Assembly (NCBI GenBank): GCA_964468895.1
Contig: CAYXWT010000018.1
Coordinates: 1 to 13,613, forward strand
Reading direction: 5' to 3'
DNA from: an uncultured archaeon
GTDB lineage: Archaea; Iainarchaeota; Iainarchaeia; Iainarchaeales; CSSED10-239
Length of the DNA stretch: 13,613 nt
A program made the translations under genes and the position numbers. Below the pieces are notes generated by a model, which saw nothing but the letters and a program-made list of their open reading frames with translations, made no database searches and was not told where the DNA came from. Below are positions 1-7,505 of this stretch, piece by piece (positions within the stretch are counted from its first letter, which is position 1; the number at the start of each line of letters is the position of its first letter).

Positions 1-1
1 A

Positions 2-718
2 TTATATTAACATACTACTTAAATAAAATTTGATATTTGTATTTTCATCAATTTTATAATTAATATATAAAGGAACTTCCTCAGAAAACTTAATATTTAA
101 AATAGCTTCGTTATCCATTGATTTAACAATATTTCTTAAAAAAGAAAGTGAATATTTTGCAATTATATTTTTTTTACATTTAACTTTTACTTCAGAAACT
201 TTGGTTTTGATATTACCTTTTTCTCCAGTAGCTTCAATTATAAATTTACTATCTTCAATTTTAAAAATTAAAGTTGTTGCAACTAAACTTACATCTTTAA
301 TTATTTCTTTTAATAAACCAGCATTTATATCAAAATTTGCATCATACTTTATATCTGGAAGATTTATTTTTTGCTCAGAAAGATCCATATATGGTAAATT
401 AAAATTTCTTTCAATTTTACCTTTAAGTAATATATCTAAATATTGATCTTTTAGATCTAGAACTAAAGTATCTTTGTCAAAGGATCTAGAAACCATATGT
501 AAAAGTTCTTGAATATTAAGTCCAACTAAATTAGGTTCAATATGATAAGAATCAAATGCCTTTTTGGACATACTAAAATCAACAAGTAATATCTGTGTTT
601 TATCTATTGCTTTAATATAAATACCTATATCTTTAAATCTCACATTTGTTTCTTGTATTAAAGAGCTAACAACTTCTAAACTTTTCTTAAATAAAGATAT
701 ATTTTTTGTTTTAATCAT
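2..718 (-). CDS. pcn: DNA polymerase sliding clamp (PCNA)
   Basis: Complete 238-aa ORF with ATG at 716-718 and TAA at 2-4. Length and the N-terminal pattern (KSLEVVSSLIQETNVRFKDIGIYIKAIDKTQILLVDF...) match archaeal PCNA. It lies divergent to the clamp-loader large subunit gene. Family assignment is from memory, not a search. Confidence 0.85.
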   Translation of the reverse strand: MIKTKNISLFKKSLEVVSSLIQETNVRFKDIGIYIKAIDKTQILLVDFSMSKKAFDSYHIEPNLVGLNIQELLHMVSRSFDKDTLVLDLKDQYLDILLKGKIERNFNLPYMDLSEQKINLPDIKYDANFDINAGLLKEIIKDVSLVATTLIFKIEDSKFIIEATGEKGNIKTKVSEVKVKCKKNIIAKYSLSFLRNIVKSMDNEAILNIKFSEEVPLYINYKIDENTNIKFYLSSMLI

Positions 719-882
719 ATTTATTTCACAATTTAATTCTTAAACATAAATTCTATTCTGTTTTTGTATAAATATATACCCAAATGATTTATAAATATAA
801 AGTATAAGTTTTTAGGAAAACAAATTTATATCTAAATTTAGAAATAAGAATATTTATATTTACTTTTATATAAAATATATTT

Positions 883-2127
883 ATGAGAAAGTTTTTTGAA
901 AAATATACTCCTAAATCTTTAGATAAAGTTGTTAGTAATAAAAAAGCAGTTTTACAAATTAAAAAATGGGCTGAAAACTATAAAGAAAAACCTTTATTTA
1001 TATATGGTGCTACTGGTGTTGGCAAAACACTTTGTGCTAATTTAATAGCTAAAGAGTTAGGTTGGGATATATTTAATACAGATTCCTCAGAAATTAGAGA
1101 TAAAGAAGTTGTAAGAAACATAATACAAGTAGCGTGTACTAGTAACACTTTATTTTCAAAAACAAGATTAATATTAATAGATGAAGTAGATGCAATTATT
1201 GATAAAAGAGGTCATGGTAAAGATAGTGGCTTTTTTAGTGAATTTTCTAAAGTAGTAATTAAAAGTATACAACCTATAATATTTATTGCAAATGATCCTT
1301 ATGCTAATAAAAAAGCAAGACCAATATTTGAAAAATGTGAAAAAGTTAAATTTGATTTACCTAATAAATTATCTATTGCAAAATTTGCAAGAGAAATATG
1401 TGATAATGAAAATATAGAATATGATGAAATATCCATTAAAGCATTAATCGAAAATTGTAGTAATGATATTAGAGCTATGATGAATGATCTTTTTACTTTA
1501 AGTTTTTTTAAAAAGATTACTCTTGAAGATATAGATTCATTAGGTAGTAGAAAAAAAGAAGAAGATATTTTTAAAGTTATGCAAAAAATATTTTATCCTA
1601 AAGATTTTTATGAAACTAGAACTATCTTAAAAGATAGTAATGTAAATTGGAATCTATTAATGGCATGGGTAGAAGAAAATATACCTAGACAATATACAAA
1701 TCCAATAAATCTAAAACAAGGTATGGAAAAATTAAGTAAAGCAGATTTATATTATGGACGAATCAGAGGTAATAAATGGATTCTTTTAAAATATGTCATT
1801 GATTATCTAACTATTGGGGTAGCATATTCAAAAACAGAAAAACAAAGTTTCAAATATACTCCATTTCAATTTCCTAAAGCTATTAAAGAACTAGGAAGTA
1901 GTAAAAAAAATAGAAATATTCAAAAAAGTATTTTAAACAAATTACAAGAATACCTTCATTGTTCAAAACACATAATTTTAAGAGACCATCTAGAAATATT
2001 AAAAATAATTGCAAAAACTAATAAATTTACAAAAGAATTTGTTTTAAAATTTAATTTTGATATTGATGAACTTAAATATTTAGGATGTAAAATAACTCCT
2101 AAAAAATATGAAGAATTAATTAAATAA
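883..2127 (+). CDS. rfcL: Replication factor C large subunit (clamp loader, AAA+)
   Basis: 414 aa. The N-terminal FEKYTPKSLDKVV matches the RFC box (W.EKYRPK.L..V). Walker A is GATGVGKT and Walker B is LILIDEVDAI, and the helical C-terminal half is typical of archaeal RfcL. There is no SD; a TATA-like tatttata at 851-858 sits about 25-32 nt upstream of the ATG, which suggests a leaderless mRNA. Confidence 0.8.
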   Translation: MRKFFEKYTPKSLDKVVSNKKAVLQIKKWAENYKEKPLFIYGATGVGKTLCANLIAKELGWDIFNTDSSEIRDKEVVRNIIQVACTSNTLFSKTRLILIDEVDAIIDKRGHGKDSGFFSEFSKVVIKSIQPIIFIANDPYANKKARPIFEKCEKVKFDLPNKLSIAKFAREICDNENIEYDEISIKALIENCSNDIRAMMNDLFTLSFFKKITLEDIDSLGSRKKEEDIFKVMQKIFYPKDFYETRTILKDSNVNWNLLMAWVEENIPRQYTNPINLKQGMEKLSKADLYYGRIRGNKWILLKYVIDYLTIGVAYSKTEKQSFKYTPFQFPKAIKELGSSKKNRNIQKSILNKLQEYLHCSKHIILRDHLEILKIIAKTNKFTKEFVLKFNFDIDELKYLGCKITPKKYEELIK

Positions 2128-2136
2128 TGATGTTTT

Positions 2137-2892
2137 ATGCCTCCTAAAAAAGTTAGAAGTCCTATTAAAGATATTCACACAATGGTTTCTACAAATCCAA
2201 ATGTAGAACATGCATTTGTAAAAACCCCTACTAAAAAGGTATGTGAATGCTCAAACAGAAAAGAAAAAGAACACACAACAATTAATAGAGAAGCTGTAAA
2301 AAAGTATCTCGGAGAAGAAACTAGAAATTATTCTAAGATACACACACATCCTGCAAATAAGAAATTCTCTTTAATTCCAAGTCCTCAAGATATTTTTAAT
2401 TTATTATCTTTATCTACAAAAAGATCACATACAATATATGTAACTGGAAAAAAAGAAGTTTTAGGTACAATACATTATATGGTAAAAAATGAAACAGTGG
2501 CTAAAGAAATTTTTAATAGATATACCAAATTTAAAAAATCAATACTTGAAAGTAAAACTTTACAAGAAAAACTATCTTCAACATTACACAAAGGCCAAAC
2601 ATTAGAAAAATTATATCAATCATTTACAATATATAATACACTTATGGCTAAAGAAAATGGTGTCAAATATTTTAGTACAAAATATGACACTTATATGAAA
2701 GAACATGAAAAAACAAAAAATCCAAATGAAGAATTATTTAAAAAAATTAATTTTTTAACAGAAAATTTGCTTAGAAATAAAAAAAATCTACTAGAAATTT
2801 GGAATTTACTAGGTATAAAAATAAGATACACTCCTAATAAAAAAAAAGGATATAGATTTGATCCAAAAACTATTGATTTTATAAAAACTTAA
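2137..2892 (+). CDS. Hypothetical protein with JAMM/MPN-like HxH...SxxD motif
   Basis: 251-aa ORF that starts 9 nt after the rfcL stop and ends 27 nt before the ABCE1 ATG, on the same strand, so operon-like. It contains IHTHPANKKFSLIPSPQDIF, which resembles the JAMM Zn-site motif HxHx7SxxD but with a 10-residue spacer. The C-terminal half is K/E-rich and helical. I recognise no family. Confidence 0.6.
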   Translation: MPPKKVRSPIKDIHTMVSTNPNVEHAFVKTPTKKVCECSNRKEKEHTTINREAVKKYLGEETRNYSKIHTHPANKKFSLIPSPQDIFNLLSLSTKRSHTIYVTGKKEVLGTIHYMVKNETVAKEIFNRYTKFKKSILESKTLQEKLSSTLHKGQTLEKLYQSFTIYNTLMAKENGVKYFSTKYDTYMKEHEKTKNPNEELFKKINFLTENLLRNKKNLLEIWNLLGIKIRYTPNKKKGYRFDPKTIDFIKT

Positions 2893-2919
2893 AATAAAAA
2901 ATAATTGAATGATGATAAT

Positions 2920-4704
2920 ATGAGTAAAGATATAAGAATAGCAATAATTGATAAAGATAAGTGTAATCCAAAATCTTGTAATTACCTTTGTAAAAGACTT
3001 TGTCCAGGAGTTAGAATGGGAGAAGACACTATAGTTATAGATGAACAAAGAAAACTACCAACTATTGATGAAACTCTTTGTACTGGCTGTGGAATTTGTG
3101 TTAATAGATGTCCACAAAAAGCTATTAAAATCGTTAGAATTGGGGTAGAGTTTGATAAACCAATTCATCAATATGATAAAAATTCCTTTAGAATATATTC
3201 CTTACCAGTTTTAGAAAAAGGATATATTACTGGTCTAATTGGTAGAAATGGTATTGGCAAAACTACTGCATTAAATATATTATCAGGAAATTTAATTAGC
3301 AATTTTGGAGATTATACTAATTCTAAAGAAAAAACTTTAGATAATACTATTGAATTCTTTAGAGGTAAAAATATTCAAAAACATTTTGAAGATTTAAAAA
3401 ATAAAGAAATAAATATAGCTTACAAAATACAAAAAGTTGAAGATATACCAAAAGCTTTTGATAAAAAAATTATTAGCTTACTTGAAAGTATAAATAAAAA
3501 CCAAGATGAAATAAATTTAATTGTTAAAGAATTAAATTTAGAAAAGATTATTAATAAAACACCTCAAGAAATAAGTGGTGGTGAATTACAAAAAGTAGCA
3601 ATTGCTGCAACTTTACTTAAAAATTCCAATATTTACTTTATAGATGAATATTCTACATTTTTAGATATTAAACAACGATTTAAAATTGCAAAATATTTAA
3701 ATAAAATTATTTCTAAAGATAAGTCTATTATCTTAATTGAACATGATCTTGCAATTTTAGATTATTTAAGTGATTTTGTGCAAGTTATGTTTGGAAGTAA
3801 AAATGCATATGGTGCTTGTTCAAATAAAAAAACTACTAAAAAAGGTATTAATGAATTTTTAGATGGCTTTTTAAAAGAAGAAAATATCAGAATTAGAGAA
3901 TATGAACTTTCATTTGCTAGTAGTAAAGATAAAACTGAAGTTAAAAAACAAGAGTTTATATCTTATCCTTCTTTTAAAAAAGAACTTGGTTCTTTTAAAT
4001 TAGAATCTGATAGTGGAAATGTAAGTTGTGGAGAAATTATTGGTATAATTGGTCCAAATGCTATTGGTAAAACAACTTTTATTAAATTATTATCAGGAAA
4101 CTTAAAACCAGATAACACTATTAAAGAATTAAATTATAAAATATCTTATAAACCACAATATATTGATTTAGATGAAAACAAAACTGTTAGAGAATTATTT
4201 CATTCTAAAGAAATAAATGTCGAAATGTTTGAAAGTGAACTTAAAGGACAATTAAATCTTGAAGATGTATTTGAACAAAAAGTAAAAGAATTAAGTGGTG
4301 GAGAATTACAAAAAGTAGCTATAGCACATTGCTTAGCTAAAAATGCAGATATTTATTTAATAGATGAACCTAGTGCATTTTTAGATATTGAACTTAGATT
4401 AATTATAAGTAATACTATTAAAAACATCATTAATAAAACTGGCAAGTGTGCTTTTATTGTAGATCATGACATAATGCTTTTAGATGCCATTTCTGATAAG
4501 ATGTTATTATTTGAAGGTGAAGAAGGAGTTTTTGGAAAAGCAAGTAAGATTACTAATGTAGAAGAATGTTTTAATAAATTTTTAAAAACACAAGATATAA
4601 CTTTTAGACAGGATCCTCAAACAAAAAGACCAAGAGCAAATAAAGAAAATTCACAAAAAGATCAAGAACAAAAGAAAAACAATAAATATTATTATACTTT
4701 ATAA
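2920..4704 (+). CDS. abce1: ABCE1 / RNase L inhibitor homologue (ribosome recycling ATPase, 2x[4Fe-4S] + twin ABC)
   Basis: The N-terminus carries two Fe-S motifs: CNPKSCNYLCKRLCP (Cx4Cx3Cx3CP) and CTGCGICVNRCP (Cx2Cx2Cx3CP). There are two ABC domains: Walker A GRNGIGKTT and GPNAIGKTT, signature SGGELQKVAIA twice, Walker B IYFIDEYSTFLD and IYLIDEPSAFLD. The C-terminal RQDPQTKRPRANK...YYY tail is typical of ABCE1. The track start at 2905 is TTG; the first in-frame ATG at 2920 gives MSKDIRIAIIDKDKC, matching usual ABCE1 N-termini. Confidence 0.93.
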   Translation: MSKDIRIAIIDKDKCNPKSCNYLCKRLCPGVRMGEDTIVIDEQRKLPTIDETLCTGCGICVNRCPQKAIKIVRIGVEFDKPIHQYDKNSFRIYSLPVLEKGYITGLIGRNGIGKTTALNILSGNLISNFGDYTNSKEKTLDNTIEFFRGKNIQKHFEDLKNKEINIAYKIQKVEDIPKAFDKKIISLLESINKNQDEINLIVKELNLEKIINKTPQEISGGELQKVAIAATLLKNSNIYFIDEYSTFLDIKQRFKIAKYLNKIISKDKSIILIEHDLAILDYLSDFVQVMFGSKNAYGACSNKKTTKKGINEFLDGFLKEENIRIREYELSFASSKDKTEVKKQEFISYPSFKKELGSFKLESDSGNVSCGEIIGIIGPNAIGKTTFIKLLSGNLKPDNTIKELNYKISYKPQYIDLDENKTVRELFHSKEINVEMFESELKGQLNLEDVFEQKVKELSGGELQKVAIAHCLAKNADIYLIDEPSAFLDIELRLIISNTIKNIINKTGKCAFIVDHDIMLLDAISDKMLLFEGEEGVFGKASKITNVEECFNKFLKTQDITFRQDPQTKRPRANKENSQKDQEQKKNNKYYYTL

Positions 4705-4707
4705 TTT

Positions 4708-5253
4708 TTAAGTATAAGTTCCATTTTGATCTAATTGAACATGATCTAAATTATAATTATCTTTTATTTTTATATTACAAATACCTGCAGGTCCAGGATA
4801 ACTAACAACTATATCTTTACTAAATTTTAAAATTTTTGTAATATCTGAAACAATCACCTTATTTCTTTTACTACAACTAATTTCAATTTCTCCATAATAA
4901 TTAATACTTAAAGGTGCTGCACCACCAATATTAGAATCTAGAACATTATAATAACAATTGGTTCCTAAATAATTCTTAGAATCATTTTTAAAAGAATTTA
5001 AATATTCTTGAATTTTATCATCATATTCTGTATCTAAAAAAAAGGTATAACCTGCAGGCATAAAACTTGTAGGAACATAAGTTTGATCTGCTAATGCGTC
5101 TACTATTATATTATCAACTATTAAAGAAATATCTTCTATTTCTTGAATATTAGAAGTTATGATTTCAGATTTATTTGTAATTGAAGTATTAGGTAATAAT
5201 AATGCAAACATTATTAAAACAAATAAAATATCAAAAAAACCTTTATTTCGCAT
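4708..5253 (-). CDS. Type IV pilin-like protein (class III signal peptide-like N-terminus), 4th gene of operon
   Basis: An ATG at 5251-5253 (the track start at 5262 is GTG) gives MRNKG/FFDILFVLIMFALLL: a basic leader, Gly, then a hydrophobic helix. The body has 3 Cys and the sequons NTS, NKS, NDS and NGT. The start overlaps the upstream gene's end by 11 nt. Confidence 0.6.
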   Translation of the reverse strand: MRNKGFFDILFVLIMFALLLPNTSITNKSEIITSNIQEIEDISLIVDNIIVDALADQTYVPTSFMPAGYTFFLDTEYDDKIQEYLNSFKNDSKNYLGTNCYYNVLDSNIGGAAPLSINYYGEIEISCSKRNKVIVSDITKILKFSKDIVVSYPGPAGICNIKIKDNYNLDHVQLDQNGTYT

Positions 5254-5533
5254 AATTCTCACAATATCTATTTATTTGTAAACCACTTTGTGTATCTAAA
5301 TCAGAAGATTCTGGATCATAAACCAATTGTATTGAACACCAACCATTAGTAGTATATGTTTGAAGTCCCGGCACATCTCTATACAATAAATCTTTAGTTC
5401 TATAATATAAAGATTCTACTGAATCAATTACTTCAAATTTATTTGTAAGTAAAAGAAATATGCTTAAAAATAATATAAATAAAGCTACAAAATGTAAAGC
5501 TGTAATTGAAAAAAATATTCCTTTTTTATTCAT
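5243..5533 (-). CDS. Type IV pilin-like protein (class III signal peptide-like N-terminus), 3rd gene of operon
   Basis: An ATG at 5531-5533 (the track start at 5545 is GTG) gives MNKKG/IFFSITALHFVALFILFLSIFLLL, followed by a roughly 65-aa body with 2 Cys. It overlaps the upstream gene by 8 nt and the downstream gene by 11 nt. Confidence 0.55.
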   Translation of the reverse strand: MNKKGIFFSITALHFVALFILFLSIFLLLTNKFEVIDSVESLYYRTKDLLYRDVPGLQTYTTNGWCSIQLVYDPESSDLDTQSGLQINRYCENYAK

Positions 5534-6053
5534 CTTTCCACACACTTAAAGTAACATCACTAAATTCAAAAATTAAAGAAATATCTAATAAATCGTTCAT
5601 ATAACTACTTTTAGATATATCTCTATTACCAATAATATAATCCATTTTAAATTTAATTTTATAAATGTTAACTACAGACAAATCTACTATATCAGTACAC
5701 TCATTAGTTATACCTGGTGGCAAACCAGTAATATGACACTTATAATTATCAGGAATATCTAAATTTTCTTTTGTAATTTCTGAATCATCACCTATACAAT
5801 TTGAAAGTAAAAAATTATTTTGTGTATCATAAATATAACAATTTAACTTTGGGTTTGAAACTAATTTTTTGTAAGTAGAATTACCTATAAGGTCTAACTC
5901 TTTTAAATGATTATTAGTATTAGTTTTATAAATTTTGACTTCTGCAATTTTAGATAATAAAAACAATAAAAGTATAATTATAATTAAAGCAAAAACAATA
6001 TCTAAAGAAAACAACTGTGCTTTATTTTTTTTTTTTAATTTTATCAAATTCAT
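5526..6053 (-). CDS. Type IV pilin-like protein (class III signal peptide), 2nd gene of operon
   Basis: The N-terminus is MNLIKLKKKNKA/QLFSLDIVFALIIIILLLFLL: a basic leader, Ala-Gln junction, acidic residue near +6 and a long hydrophobic helix. The body has 4 Cys. Confidence 0.7.
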   Translation of the reverse strand: MNLIKLKKKNKAQLFSLDIVFALIIIILLLFLLSKIAEVKIYKTNTNNHLKELDLIGNSTYKKLVSNPKLNCYIYDTQNNFLLSNCIGDDSEITKENLDIPDNYKCHITGLPPGITNECTDIVDLSVVNIYKIKFKMDYIIGNRDISKSSYMNDLLDISLIFEFSDVTLSVWKDE

Positions 6054-6091
6054 TTTAAAACCAACAAAACATTATTTAAAGTAACATAAAA

Positions 6092-6556
6092 TTAAGGTAC
6101 ATTACTTAAATTATCACAATCTATATCACCAGCATCAAAAACACATTCTAAAGTTTGAGAACAATAGGTTCTTAAACCCAAAATCAAATTATTACTAGAA
6201 TCTAAATTAGTTTGTAAATTAGTAGTAATACCACCATATGCAGAACTATAAATTACAATGTTAGTATGGTTAATATCTATTGTACAGTTTACTTTTTTAC
6301 TAGCTATATCTATTGAAGGAATACTCATACTATTGCTAATTTGAGTATAATTATTTATAGGAAAATCTAACAAACTATCTTGTGTTTTTAAAAAGTTATT
6401 TATTTCTAAAGCAATATCTAATTGTTGCTCTTTAATTTTATTTATTTCTAAAGATTTTACAGTCATATTGGAAAGACTTGTATAAATATATAAAAAAACA
6501 ATTATTAAAAGTACTACAATTAATATTTCTAAAGATATTTGTGCTTTATTTTTCAT
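6092..6556 (-). CDS. Type IV pilin-like protein (class III signal peptide), 1st gene of operon
   Basis: The N-terminus is MKNKA/QISLEILIVVLLIIVFLYIY. QISLEILIV fits the archaeal class III signal peptide motif QxSxExxx(L/V), with Gln as +1 of the prepilin-peptidase site. The body has 4 Cys and 5 N-x-S/T sequons (NMT, NYT, NCT, NHT, NLS). Confidence 0.75.
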   Translation of the reverse strand: MKNKAQISLEILIVVLLIIVFLYIYTSLSNMTVKSLEINKIKEQQLDIALEINNFLKTQDSLLDFPINNYTQISNSMSIPSIDIASKKVNCTIDINHTNIVIYSSAYGGITTNLQTNLDSSNNLILGLRTYCSQTLECVFDAGDIDCDNLSNVP

Positions 6557-6695
6557 ATAACTGTCACATAAAATTATAATAACTATAATTATAGATTATA
6601 AAAAGTATTTTAAAAGTATTTACTATTAATAAATAATAGTATAATAGATATTAAAAGATTAATGTTAATTAAAAAATGCTTTGGAGATTATTTTT

Positions 6696-7229
6696 ATGCC
6701 TATTAGAAAAAGATCTATTAAAAAAAAACCTATTAAAAAAGCAATTATTGATTTTACAAAAGGTTTTGTAGAAAAATATTCTTGTAAATCAGCCTCTTTT
6801 AAAAGAAAAAATCAAGTTACATCTAAATATTATATTGATCTTTTAGGATTTCTTAAAAATTACAAAATCATTGATGAAGTAATACATACTTGTTTTGTAA
6901 GAGACTTACCTATAGAAACACAGATCTTAAAAATAAACAACCTTTACAAAAAAAAATATTCTAAAAAATATGATTCATTACAAAATTATATAGATAATAT
7001 GATAGAAAACATAAAAAAAACACATGAAAAAGTTCTTGAAGAATATGATAAAGGAAAATTAGATTCTTCTAATGGTAAAGATTATAATCATCATTTTAAT
7101 TCACCATATGGTATGATTATTATTGGATTAGCTGTGATACCTGAGGTAACAAGAAGAATCAAAGACAAATACAAGACTAATGAGATTACTAAAGAAATAA
7201 TAGATAATTATTTTTCTAAAGATAAATAA
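6696..7229 (+). CDS. Hypothetical lysine-rich protein
   Basis: The ORF track starts at TTG 6681. An ATG at 6696 is preceded by GGAG (6683-6686) with a 9-nt spacer, giving 177 aa that begin MPIRKRSIKKKPIKK. I recognise no family. The gene is divergent from the pilin-like operon. Confidence 0.55.
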   Translation: MPIRKRSIKKKPIKKAIIDFTKGFVEKYSCKSASFKRKNQVTSKYYIDLLGFLKNYKIIDEVIHTCFVRDLPIETQILKINNLYKKKYSKKYDSLQNYIDNMIENIKKTHEKVLEEYDKGKLDSSNGKDYNHHFNSPYGMIIIGLAVIPEVTRRIKDKYKTNEITKEIIDNYFSKDK

Positions 7230-7238
7230 AAAAAAAAA
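7230..7238 (-). terminator. Oligo-T (T9 on minus strand) candidate archaeal terminator after ef1b
   Basis: An A9 run on the + strand is T9 immediately 3' of the minus-strand EF-1beta stop codon. Archaeal RNAP terminates at oligo-T tracts. T/A runs are common in this composition, so the support is modest. Confidence 0.35.
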
Positions 7239-7505
7239 TTAGATTAAAGTTTGCATTGCAACTTCAATTTCACTTACACCATCAATTCCTTTTAAAAAGT
7301 TTTCTAGTTTATCTGATAAACCACTTATTTTATCTGGAAATATAAATGATGCTTTTACTAACTCTAAACCAAAAGCAATTGGTTCTAATTCTATTGTATT
7401 TAATTTAAATTCTTCTGGTAAATTTTTTTGGATAGCTTCTTTAACTTTATTTACTTCATCTATACCTTCTGGATAGATTTTATATGCTGTTAATATATCA
7501 CCCAT
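7239..7505 (-). CDS. ef1b: Translation elongation factor aEF-1 beta
   Basis: 88 aa from the ATG at 7503-7505; the track start at 7514 is GTG. The sequence MGDILTAYKIYPEGIDEVNKVKEAIQKNLPEEFKLNTIELEPIAFGLELVKASFIFPDK...GIDGVSEIEV matches the archaeal EF-1beta pattern (MG...K.MPE...EPIAFGL...GV...EV). GGAG (complement of 7514-7517) lies 8 nt upstream of the ATG. Confidence 0.9.
   Translation of the reverse strand: MGDILTAYKIYPEGIDEVNKVKEAIQKNLPEEFKLNTIELEPIAFGLELVKASFIFPDKISGLSDKLENFLKGIDGVSEIEVAMQTLI

Noticed and set aside
201-446. 81-aa + strand ORF
   Set aside because: It lies entirely antisense within the well-supported PCNA gene. The product is a low-complexity, Ile/Leu/Ser-rich sequence with no motif, which is the typical shadow ORF of an AT-rich coding region.
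719-882. Possible replication origin between PCNA and rfcL
   Set aside because: I could not find ORB/mini-ORB-like repeats with G-strings, long inverted repeats or an adjacent orc1/cdc6 gene. The region looks like ordinary AT-rich divergent promoter DNA.
2909-2915. C-box-like ATGATGA, raising the possibility of a C/D box sRNA
   Set aside because: It sits 5 nt upstream of the ABCE1 start codon, with no convincing D box (CTGA) or terminal stem at the right distance. The heptamer is expected by chance at this composition.
2905-2919. N-terminal extensions in the ORF track that use non-ATG starts: TTG 2905, GTG 5262, GTG 5545, TTG 6681 and GTG 7514
   Set aside because: In each case an in-frame ATG lies 3-5 codons downstream and gives a more canonical N-terminus: ABCE1 MSKDIRIAII, pilin-like MRNKG and MNKKG, and EF-1beta MGD. 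Some of these ATGs also follow an SD at proper spacing (6696, 7505). The extensions are probably artefacts of longest-ORF calling.
2809-3048. 79-aa - strand ORF spanning the orphan/ABCE1 junction
   Set aside because: It is antisense to two supported + strand genes, including the conserved ABCE1 Fe-S domain. The peptide is low-complexity and Phe/Ile/Ser-rich.
6557-6695. Short tandem or direct repeats in AT-rich spacers, such as aaaagtattt twice and ataattata twice here, and aaaataaatt twice at 12846-12865
   Set aside because: These are pure A/T low-complexity repeats of 9-10 bp. They are expected by chance at this composition, unlike the G/C-containing TTGGCAA array.
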